Assembly: GCA_046758965.1 (NCBI GenBank)
Contig: JBHIBG010000051.1
Location: 1-18,323, forward strand
DNA length: 18,323 nt
Direction of reading: 5' to 3'
Source: Candidatus Methylomirabilia bacterium
GTDB lineage: Bacteria; Methylomirabilota; Methylomirabilia; Rokubacteriales; CSP1-6
Positions 8,321 through 16,019 of this stretch are shown here, piece after piece; position 1 is the stretch's first letter; each line of letters begins with the position of its first letter. The notes under the pieces were generated by a model. It did no database searches. It was not told the DNA's origin and saw only the letters and a list, made by a program, of their open reading frames with translations. The position numbers and the translations under genes are program-made.

Positions 8321-10740
8321 TGCGCATGAATTTCCTAAGGTCGGGCTCCGTTCAAGCGCTGCTCCAGGTCATCTCCGTGCTTGTCCTCGCGCTGTTGACC
8401 TTGCTCACGCTTACCATGCCGCTCGCTGCGCTTTGGTGGGTCTGGCGGTCAGCGTCCATCATTGCGCTAGCGATACTGCTCGCCTCAAACTCCCGCTTTG
8501 TTCGTTCGGTGTGTCTCATCGTCATCACGTTTTCGATGTTCGCGGCTTGGATCCAGCCACCCGCTCCGTGGAGCGTGGTCAAGCTCTTCATGGCGGTGGT
8601 GCTCCTTGCCGTCCTCGTGTATGTCTCTTCGGACTCCGATTCCTGGCGGGCGTTCCTCTCCCCTATCCGCTCAACGCTGGTAGACGATGGCAAGCGCCCG
8701 CTGCGCTACGCGGTGATGGTGCTCCTGCCGGTCGTGATCGGCTACTACGCGTACACTCAGGCGGCGCCGAAGATCGAGGCCCCGGTGGAGCTTCGGACGA
8801 TCCATCCGGCGCCGCCGGGCTCCATCACCTTCCGGGGAAAGACCATCGACGTCCAGGGGCTCGACAACCCGCTCGGGAAGGACACTGCCAACTATGACAG
8901 GTACGTGGCCGAGGGGGCGGAGATCTACATCAAGAACTGTGTCTACTGCCACGGCGACAACCTGGACGGAGGTGGGCACTTTGCCCACGCCTTCAGCCCG
9001 CTTCCGGCCAACTTCCAGGACCCCGGGACCATCGCCATGCTCCAAGAGTCGTTCCTCTTCTGGCGGATCGCCAAGGGCGGCCCCGGGCTACCGAGGGAGT
9101 CCACGCCCTGGAACTCGGTCATGCCCGCCTGGGAGGACCGGCTTACCGAGGACGAAATCTGGAAGGTGATTATGTTCCTCTATGCGTTCACCGGCTACCA
9201 GCCCAGACGCTGGGAGGCTCACGCTAGCCTCTCCCCCTCACCTGTCCCCTCTCCCCGCTCGGGGGAGAGGGCAGGGAGCGGGGGCGCGGGGGTTCATCTC
9301 GTGCGCTCGATCTTGAACCCTGTGCCTGCAGCGGCTCAGCAGGCGGCGGATGCGGCCGCGGGGGAGGCCATCTACGACAAGCGCTGCGCATGGTGTCACG
9401 GTGTTGAAGGAAAAGGGGACGGCCCCGGGGCCGGGCATCTCGACCCCAAGCCGCGAGATTTCACGCGGGGCGCATACAAGATCCGCGCGACTGAGTCAGG
9501 GTATGTCCCCCTTGACCAGGATCTGTTTAAGGTCATTACGGACGGGATGCCGGGGACCTCGATGCCGCCCTGGAACGCCTTGCCGAAGCAGGATCGGTGG
9601 AACCTGGTGGCCTACCTGAAGACCTTCGCCTCGGACAGCTTCGAGGAGGAGCCGGAAGTGGTCGAGCTTCCCGAAGAGGTGCGCTCCTCACCGGAGTCCC
9701 TCGCGCGGGGGAAAGAGATGTTCGAGGCGATTGAGTGCAACAAGTGCCACGGCGACGCGGGCCGGGGCGATGGCCCGTCGGCTCCCGAGCTCGAGGACGA
9801 CTGGGGGAACCCCATCCGTCCGGCGAACCTGACCAAGCCGTGGACCTTCAGGGGAGGGAGCAGCGCGAAAGAGATTGCGACCCGCCTGGCGACCGGCCTC
9901 ATGGGCACCCCCATGCCCTCGTTCTTCGACAGCGTGGAGTTTCCGGAGGACATCTGGCACCTGGCCAACTACGTGAAGTCCCTCGGGCCGGTGGACCCCC
10001 GCTTCGCCACCATCCTCCCGGTCAAGGCGATCGGGGGGGAGATCCCTGAGGACCCGAACGCCCCGTTCTGGAGTGAGCAGGCGTCGGCCAACTTCCCGCT
10101 GGCCGGCCAGGTGATCGTGGACCCCCGGAACTTCGCCCCGTCCGTTGATATGATCAGCGTCCGGGCCGTCTATTCGGAGGCCGAGATCGCCTTCCACCTG
10201 ACTTGGGACGATCCGACGGCCTCAACCCCGGCCCCGGAGCAGAAGACCTTCGCCGATGCTGTCGCTCTCCAGTTCCCCCTTGAGTCGCAGGCCGGCCTCG
10301 AGCGCCCCTACGTGCTCATGGGAGACGGGAGTGAGCCGGTCTACCTCCTGCGCTGGACCTCGGAGGGAGGGGTGGGGGAGGCCAACGCCTCGGGGGTCGG
10401 GAAGCTGACGCCACAGGCCGGCGAAGCGGTCCAGGCCAGGGGGTCGGCGGTCTTTTCCGACGGCCAGTACCGCCTGGTCATCAAGCGCCCGCGCGCGACG
10501 CCCGATCAGAACGACACGGCGTTTCCCACGGGGGAGTTTCTCTCGGTGGCCTTCATGGCGTGGGACGGCGGGGTGGGAGAAACCGGCAGCAAGATGTCGT
10601 TCTCGTCGTGGTATCATCTCAGGCTGGAAGAGGCGGGCTCGACGCGACCGTATATCATTCCTCCGCTGGCAGTCCTGCTCACCGTGGGGCTCCAACTCCT
10701 CCTGGTGCGCCGCGCGCGGCAGGGGGGCCAGGGAGGCTAA
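8317..10740 (+). CDS. Membrane-bound triheme cytochrome c fused to an ethylbenzene-dehydrogenase-gamma (EbdC/NxrC-like, DOMON-type) heme-b domain (807 aa)
   Basis: Several N-terminal TM helices; CxxCH at 8938 (CVYCH), 9385 (CAWCH) and 9736 (CNKCH), with MP distal ligands; C-terminal domain with LTWDDPT, FADAVALQFP, LMGD and AFMAWDG..GETGSK; C-terminal TM anchor; ATGA overlap with the upstream stop. Confidence 0.85.
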   Translation: MMRMNFLRSGSVQALLQVISVLVLALLTLLTLTMPLAALWWVWRSASIIALAILLASNSRFVRSVCLIVITFSMFAAWIQPPAPWSVVKLFMAVVLLAVLVYVSSDSDSWRAFLSPIRSTLVDDGKRPLRYAVMVLLPVVIGYYAYTQAAPKIEAPVELRTIHPAPPGSITFRGKTIDVQGLDNPLGKDTANYDRYVAEGAEIYIKNCVYCHGDNLDGGGHFAHAFSPLPANFQDPGTIAMLQESFLFWRIAKGGPGLPRESTPWNSVMPAWEDRLTEDEIWKVIMFLYAFTGYQPRRWEAHASLSPSPVPSPRSGERAGSGGAGVHLVRSILNPVPAAAQQAADAAAGEAIYDKRCAWCHGVEGKGDGPGAGHLDPKPRDFTRGAYKIRATESGYVPLDQDLFKVITDGMPGTSMPPWNALPKQDRWNLVAYLKTFASDSFEEEPEVVELPEEVRSSPESLARGKEMFEAIECNKCHGDAGRGDGPSAPELEDDWGNPIRPANLTKPWTFRGGSSAKEIATRLATGLMGTPMPSFFDSVEFPEDIWHLANYVKSLGPVDPRFATILPVKAIGGEIPEDPNAPFWSEQASANFPLAGQVIVDPRNFAPSVDMISVRAVYSEAEIAFHLTWDDPTASTPAPEQKTFADAVALQFPLESQAGLERPYVLMGDGSEPVYLLRWTSEGGVGEANASGVGKLTPQAGEAVQARGSAVFSDGQYRLVIKRPRATPDQNDTAFPTGEFLSVAFMAWDGGVGETGSKMSFSSWYHLRLEEAGSTRPYIIPPLAVLLTVGLQLLLVRRARQGGQGG
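9233..9284. repeat. REP-like palindromic element, intragenic copy
   Basis: ccccctcacc-tgtc-CCCTCTCCCC-gctcg-GGGGAGAGGG-cagggagcggggg; perfect 10-bp inner stem (9247-9256/9262-9271); same architecture as 17375-17429. Confidence 0.8.
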
Positions 10741-10753
10741 GGAGGAGCGATCG

Positions 10754-11467
10754 ATGACTAAGTGGATGACCGGAATCGGGGCACTGGTCCTGGCGGCCGT
10801 GCTCATCATCCCGGGGACCTCCAGCGAGGTCACCGCTCGGGGCGGAGGGTCAATCGTCGGGGAGGTGAAGTTCGTCGGGACCCCGCCGAAGCCCAAGGCC
10901 CTCAAGATCAACAAGGATACCAAGGTCTGCGGGAAGGGAAAACAATCCGAAGCGCTCGTGGTCGGGTCGAACAAAGGGATCCAGTGGGCCGTGGTGTCGC
11001 TCGCCGATGGCAAGGGCCCTGTCGCGAAACCGAAGAAAAGACCTGTTCTGGACCAGAAGGGGTGCCAGTTCAAGCCCCACGTCCTCCTGGTGCCGGCAGG
11101 CGCCAAGGTGAATGTCCTGAATCCGGACGGGGTGCTCCACAACATCCACTCCTTCGCGATGGTCAACCGCTCAATCAACAAGGCCCAGCCCAAGTTCAAG
11201 AAGAAAATGGCGGTGCGGTTCGGCAAGAAGCCCGAGATCATCAAGGTGCAGTGCGATGCCCATAGCTGGATGTCGGCCTGGATCGTCGTGATCGGGCACC
11301 CTCACTACGCGGTGACCGATGAGAACGGCGCGTTCCGGCTCGAAAACGTGCCGCCCGGGAAGCACAAGGTGGAGGTCTGGCACGAAACGCTGGGCAAGAT
11401 GACGAAGCTGGTCGAGGTCAGGGCCGGGGCCGAAACGAAGGTCGCCTTCAAGCTGGCGAAGAAGTAG
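10754..11467 (+). CDS. Secreted, Lys-rich cupredoxin-like (MauL-like) protein with a C-terminal carboxypeptidase-regulatory-like domain (237 aa)
   Basis: Signal peptide; LDQKGCQFKPH; NPDGVLHNIH; CDAHSWM (CxxHxxM); AVTDENGAFRLENVPPGKHKVEVWHE; AAGGAGG RBS. Confidence 0.8.
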   Translation: MTKWMTGIGALVLAAVLIIPGTSSEVTARGGGSIVGEVKFVGTPPKPKALKINKDTKVCGKGKQSEALVVGSNKGIQWAVVSLADGKGPVAKPKKRPVLDQKGCQFKPHVLLVPAGAKVNVLNPDGVLHNIHSFAMVNRSINKAQPKFKKKMAVRFGKKPEIIKVQCDAHSWMSAWIVVIGHPHYAVTDENGAFRLENVPPGKHKVEVWHETLGKMTKLVEVRAGAETKVAFKLAKK

Positions 11468-11493
11468 CTGGCCAGAAACGAAAGCACGGAGAC

Positions 11494-11523
11494 TTGACAA
11501 GGAACTTCTATGCCCAGGATACT
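11494..11523 (+). promoter_or_regulatory. Putative internal sigma70 promoter for the cox operon (TTGACA-N18-GATACT)
   Basis: Perfect TTGACA at 11494-11499 and GATACT at 11518-11523 in the AT-rich 122-nt gap before coxB. Confidence 0.5.
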
Positions 11524-11589
11524 AATGCGTTGGCCCTAAAGGAATAGGCCAATTAATCTAGGCGCGGCGGGAAGGACGAGGATGAGGGC

Positions 11590-12243
11590 ATGATGAGCTG
11601 GCTTCCGGAGAACGTCTCGACCTACGGGGCGGATATCGACTTCATTTTCTACCTCATCTACTACATCACTGCCGCGGTGTTTGTTCTCGTCACGGTGTTG
11701 ATGGTCGCCTTCCTGATCATGTACCGGCATCGTGAAGGACGCCGCGCGGCCTACAGCCACGGGAACACGGCGTTGGAGATCATCTGGACTGTCGTCCCGG
11801 CTGTGATCCTGATCGTGCTGACGTTCGTGAGCATGCCGAGCTGGGCGCGGATCAAGATCCAGATCCCGGAGAGCGACTTGAAGATCCGGGTGACCGCCAA
11901 GCAGTTCAACTGGGAGGTCCAGTACCCCGGCCCCGACGGCACGTTCGACACCGACGACGACAAGGTGTTCGACAACGAGATTCACGTGCCCGTTGCGAAG
12001 CCGGTCGTGCTCGGGCTCAGGTCCAGGGACGTCATTCACAGCCTCTTCCTTCCCGAGCTGAGATTCAAGCAGGACGTGGTCCCGGGCCGGGAGATCCTCC
12101 AGTGGTTCGAGGCGATCAAACCGGGGAAATACGAGATGCCGTGCGCGGAGCTCTGCGGGTTCGGGCACTCCGGGATGAAGGGCTGGCTCTACGTCCACAC
12201 CCCGGAGGAGTACGCGCAATGGGTGAAGGAAGAGTGGCCGTGA
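11590..12243 (+). CDS. coxB: Cytochrome c oxidase subunit II (CuA), no fused cytochrome c
   Basis: Two TM helices with LEIIWT; QFNW aromatic entry motif; DVIHS and CAELCGFGHSGM CuA ligands. Confidence 0.96.
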   Translation: MMSWLPENVSTYGADIDFIFYLIYYITAAVFVLVTVLMVAFLIMYRHREGRRAAYSHGNTALEIIWTVVPAVILIVLTFVSMPSWARIKIQIPESDLKIRVTAKQFNWEVQYPGPDGTFDTDDDKVFDNEIHVPVAKPVVLGLRSRDVIHSLFLPELRFKQDVVPGREILQWFEAIKPGKYEMPCAELCGFGHSGMKGWLYVHTPEEYAQWVKEEWP

Positions 12244-12268
12244 CCTCTCCGAAAGGAGCTTGTGGGCG

Positions 12269-14029
12269 ATGAGTGACTCTGTGACGGCCGCCGTGGCCAC
12301 GCATGAACTCCACGTTCACCACGAGGAGCTGGGGTTCTGGCGGACCTACGTGTTCTCCACCGACCACAAGATGATCGGGCGGCAGTTCCTCTTCCTGGGG
12401 TTGTTCATGGCGATCATCGCGGGCCTCATGGCCATGCTGATACGCTGGGAGCTCGCATGGCCCGAGACCGCGGTCCCGGGCCTCTGGTGGCTCCCCGAGC
12501 CCCACTTCTACGAGGGGATCATCCCGCCAGAGACCTACAACATGCTCTTCACCATGCACGGCACGCTGATGATCTTCTTCGTGATCATGCCGGTCATGGT
12601 GGGAGGCTTCGGGAACTTCCTGATCCCGCTCATGGTCGGAGCCCGGGACATGGCCTTCCCCCGCCTCAACATGCTGTCGTTCTGGGTGGGGCTCGCCTCG
12701 GGGCTCGTGATGCTGTCGGGCTTCTTCGTCCCCGGCGGACACGCGGCGAGCGGCTGGACCGGCTACGCCACGCTCTCCGCCAAGGCGGAGTATACCGGCG
12801 TGGAGTGGGGGCAGAACCTCTGGCTGATCGGCCTCTTTCTCCTGGCGGTCTCGTCCATGATGGGCTCGATAAACTACGTCACGACCATCATCAACCTGCG
12901 GGCGCCCGGGATGACGCTCTTCCGCTTGCCGCTGGTGATCTGGTCGCTCTTCATCACCGCGATCCTCCTGCTGCTCGCCCTGCCGGTCTTGACGTCGGCT
13001 GCGGCCATGCTCCTCTTCGACCGCACCCTCGGCACCCACTGGTTCCTCCCCGAGGGCGGGGGCGAGCCGCTCCTCTGGCAGCACCTCTTCTGGTTCTTCG
13101 GCCACCCGGAGGTCTACATCCTGGTCCTGCCAGCCATGGGCGTCACCTCCGACGTCCTCTCCACCTTCTCGCGCAAGCCGATCTTCGGGTACCGGGCCAT
13201 GGCGTACTCCATGATCAGCATCGCCTTCCTCTCCTGGATCGTCTGGGGGCACCACATGTTCATCAGCGGCATGAACCCGAGGATCGCGATGGCCTTCATG
13301 CTCTCGACGATGGTGATCGCGGTTCCGTCGGCGATCAAGACGTTCAACTGGCTGGGGACGCTGTGGAGAGGGGACATCCACTTCACCACGCCGATGCTCC
13401 ACACCCTGGGGTTCGTCTCCACCTTCGTGATCGGAGGGCTCTCCGGTATCTTCATGGCGAGCACCCCGGTGGATATCTTCATCCACGACACCTACTTCAT
13501 CGTGGCGCACTTCCACTACGTGGTGGCCGGGATCATCTTCACTATGTTCGCCGCCACCACCTACTGGTTCCCCAAGATGTTCGGCCGCATGATGAACGAA
13601 CTGCTGGGGAGGATCCACTTCGTCCTCACCTTCATCTTCTTCAACCTCACCTTCTTCCCGATGCACTTCCTCGGGGTGGGCGGGATGATGCGGCGGATCT
13701 ACAACCCGTTGCAGTACGAGTTCATCGAACCGATGCAGTGGATCAACGTGTTCGAGACGAGGGCCGCGCTGCTGCTTGGAGCTACGCAGCTTATCTTCAT
13801 CGCCAACTTCTTCTGGAGCCTCCTCGCCGGGAAGATGGCGGAGCGGAATCCCTGGCAGGCGAACACGCTGGATTGGGCGGCCCCCTCGCCGCCCCCGCAT
13901 CTCAACTGGGGCGAGCGGGTTCCGACTGTCTACCGCGGACCGTACGAGTACAGCTCGCCTGAGGTCCCGGAGGATTACCTGCCGCAGAATCGGCTCTTGG
14001 AGGCGTCCGTCCGGGCGGCCGGGCACTGA
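12269..14029 (+). CDS. coxA: Cytochrome c oxidase subunit I, type A1 (about 586 aa)
   Basis: STDHKMIG, MHG, D-channel RDMAFPRLN, WFFGHPEVY (A1 signature), WGHHM, K-channel PSAIK, HDTYFIVAHFHY, GMMRR. ATG 12269 follows an AAGGAG RBS (track start is TTG 12260). Confidence 0.97.
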   Translation: MSDSVTAAVATHELHVHHEELGFWRTYVFSTDHKMIGRQFLFLGLFMAIIAGLMAMLIRWELAWPETAVPGLWWLPEPHFYEGIIPPETYNMLFTMHGTLMIFFVIMPVMVGGFGNFLIPLMVGARDMAFPRLNMLSFWVGLASGLVMLSGFFVPGGHAASGWTGYATLSAKAEYTGVEWGQNLWLIGLFLLAVSSMMGSINYVTTIINLRAPGMTLFRLPLVIWSLFITAILLLLALPVLTSAAAMLLFDRTLGTHWFLPEGGGEPLLWQHLFWFFGHPEVYILVLPAMGVTSDVLSTFSRKPIFGYRAMAYSMISIAFLSWIVWGHHMFISGMNPRIAMAFMLSTMVIAVPSAIKTFNWLGTLWRGDIHFTTPMLHTLGFVSTFVIGGLSGIFMASTPVDIFIHDTYFIVAHFHYVVAGIIFTMFAATTYWFPKMFGRMMNELLGRIHFVLTFIFFNLTFFPMHFLGVGGMMRRIYNPLQYEFIEPMQWINVFETRAALLLGATQLIFIANFFWSLLAGKMAERNPWQANTLDWAAPSPPPHLNWGERVPTVYRGPYEYSSPEVPEDYLPQNRLLEASVRAAGH

Positions 14030-14034
14030 GCGCG

Positions 14035-14985
14035 ATGGCTGAGCGCGTTCAGCTGTGCGGCTTCGCCCGGCGGTCCGGTCGACTGTGGGTGCACGGGCTG
14101 GCGTTGCTCCTGTGCGCGGCCACCCTCGTTCTGCTTCTCTTCGGGGGGTTGGTCACGACCACGGGCGCCGCGCTGGCCGTTCCGGATTGGCCCACCACGT
14201 TCGGGTACAACATGTTCCTCTACCCGTGGGCGAAGATGGTGGGCGGGATCTTCTACGAGCATAGCCACCGGCTCGTGGGGTCAGTGGTCGGCCTCCTGAC
14301 GATCGCGGTCGCCCTGGCGCTCTGGGTCGCAGAGCCCCGGCGCTGGGTCCGCTGGCTCGGCCTCCTCGCGCTGCTTCTCGTCACTGTCCAGGGGTTGTTG
14401 GGGGGGTTCAGGGTCCTCTTCCGCAGAGAAACGCTGGCGGTCCTGCACGGCTCTCTGGCGCCGGTGTTCTTTGCCCTGACGGCCTGCCTGGCGCTCGTGA
14501 CCTCCCTCACGTGGGCTGAGGAGCCTCGGGTGGCCCGGAGCGCCGGTGACGTCCCGCTCAAATGGCTCGCGCTCTCCACCACCGGTCTGCTGTTCCTGCA
14601 GATCGTTTTGGGGGCGCTGTTGACTCATCTCGGCCGGCAGCTCGAGGGACATCTCTTAGGGGCCGTCGTGCTCACGGCGCTGATCCCCGCACTCGCTCTG
14701 CGGGCCCTGAAACACGATAGCGACCATCCCTGGCTCGGCCGCCTGGGCCTCTGGCTCGCAGGGCTCCTGGCGATCCAGCTTGCCCTGGGCGTCGGGGCCT
14801 ACCTCTATCGGTTCACCGGCGTCCCCATCGCGTTGGGCGAGATTTGGGGATTGGCGATCCCAGTCGCCCACCGGTTGGCGGGAGCGCTGCTTGTGGCCGT
14901 GAGTCTGGTATTCACCCTTCAAGTGTTCCGTCTTCTGGGGGCCCCGCTGGCTTCGACCTCCGGTCGGGCCGTCCTGTCCGAGTAG
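14035..14985 (+). CDS. ctaA: Heme A synthase (COX15/CtaA family)
   Basis: About 8 TM helices; GGLVT..G..LAVPDWP, YEHSHRL, QGLLGGFRV, LHG, QIVLGA, QLALG, AHRL. Confidence 0.9.
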   Translation: MAERVQLCGFARRSGRLWVHGLALLLCAATLVLLLFGGLVTTTGAALAVPDWPTTFGYNMFLYPWAKMVGGIFYEHSHRLVGSVVGLLTIAVALALWVAEPRRWVRWLGLLALLLVTVQGLLGGFRVLFRRETLAVLHGSLAPVFFALTACLALVTSLTWAEEPRVARSAGDVPLKWLALSTTGLLFLQIVLGALLTHLGRQLEGHLLGAVVLTALIPALALRALKHDSDHPWLGRLGLWLAGLLAIQLALGVGAYLYRFTGVPIALGEIWGLAIPVAHRLAGALLVAVSLVFTLQVFRLLGAPLASTSGRAVLSE

Positions 14986-14993
14986 CAGGCTGT

Positions 14994-15899
14994 ATGATAC
15001 CTCCAACCCAAACCCTGGAGCTGGTGCTCACGCGCGAACGTCGGCGGGCCGTGGATTTCCTGGTCCTCATCAAGCTGCGAGTCGTCCTGATGGTCCTGGT
15101 GACGACGCTGGTGGGCTTCTACCTGGCCTCCTCGGGCGGGCTCGACTATCTCCGGCTGCTCTCCACCCTGCTCGGAACGGCCCTGGCGGCTGCGGGGACC
15201 ATGGCGCTGAATCAGGTTGTCGAACGGGAGGTGGATGCGCGGATGGAGCGCACCCGGTCCCGTCCACTCCCGGAGGGGCGGCTTTCGCCAGCTGAGGCGC
15301 TGGTGTTCGCCGGAACGATCACCGTGGCAGGCCTCGTGTGCATGCTGGTCGCGGTCGGCCCGCTTGCCGGCCTGGTGACGGCCGCCACGGTTGGCCTCTA
15401 CCTCTTTGCCTATACCCCGCTGAAGCTCAGGAGCTCTCTCTGCATGGTCGTGGGAGCGATCCCCGGGGCGTTGCCGCCGGTAATCGGATGGGTCGCCGTG
15501 CGGGGGGAGCTCGGTGTCGGGGCCGGCGTGCTGTTTGCGATCCTGTTTCTGTGGCAGCTCCCCCACACGCTCGCGATCGCCAGGCTCCATCAGCACGACT
15601 ACGCGCGAGGAGGGATTCGGGTGCTCCCTGTGGTGGACCCTGATGGCACCAGCACCGAGCGTCAGATCGTGGCCGGCTGCCTGGCGCTGCTTACGGTGGG
15701 TCTCCTGCCGACGCTGATCGGGCTGGCCGGGCCGGTCTACTTCGTCGGGGCCTTCGTCCTGGGTTTGGGATTTCTCGGTTGCGGGGTCTTCCAGGCCTTT
15801 ACCCGATCGGCGTCTGCTGCCCGCCGGCTCCTGTTCGCCTCGCTCCTCTACCTGCCGACGGTTTTGCTGCTGATGGCGCTCGACAAGGTGGGGGCGTGA
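14994..15899 (+). CDS. ctaB: Protoheme IX farnesyltransferase (heme O synthase) (about 301 aa)
   Basis: LIKLRV, NQVVEREVDARMERTRSRPLP, YTPLK, GAIPGALPPVIGW, WQLPH, DYARGG; start placed at ATG 14994, just after the ctaA stop. Confidence 0.95.
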   Translation: MIPPTQTLELVLTRERRRAVDFLVLIKLRVVLMVLVTTLVGFYLASSGGLDYLRLLSTLLGTALAAAGTMALNQVVEREVDARMERTRSRPLPEGRLSPAEALVFAGTITVAGLVCMLVAVGPLAGLVTAATVGLYLFAYTPLKLRSSLCMVVGAIPGALPPVIGWVAVRGELGVGAGVLFAILFLWQLPHTLAIARLHQHDYARGGIRVLPVVDPDGTSTERQIVAGCLALLTVGLLPTLIGLAGPVYFVGAFVLGLGFLGCGVFQAFTRSASAARRLLFASLLYLPTVLLLMALDKVGA

Positions 15900-16018
15900 T
15901 GTCGGCGCCTGTGGGCCACTCCTCGTTCCGGGTCCGCAACCGGCGCGTGGCGGGTGTCTTGATCGGCTGGGTTGTGTTCCTGATGATCGCCTCGTTTATC
16001 GTGGCCTGGGTGCGCTGA
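15899..16018 (+). CDS. Small single-TM membrane protein (39 aa: MSAPVGHSSFRVRNRRVAGVLIGWVVFLMIASFIVAWVR)
   Basis: TGATG overlap with the ctaB stop; ends 1 nt before the coxC ATG; basic N-terminus followed by a hydrophobic helix of about 22 aa. Confidence 0.65.
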   Translation: MSAPVGHSSFRVRNRRVAGVLIGWVVFLMIASFIVAWVR

Positions 16019-16019
16019 G

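Noticed and set aside
7517..14029. Nitric oxide reductase/dismutase or cbb3 oxidase interpretation
   Set aside because: Subunit I has the A1 GHPEVY motif with the cross-linking Tyr and D/K-channel residues, and subunit II has a CuA site.
14844..14993. Longer ctaB start overlapping ctaA
   Set aside because: It would overlap ctaA by about 140 nt with non-homologous sequence; ATG 14994 fits the family length.
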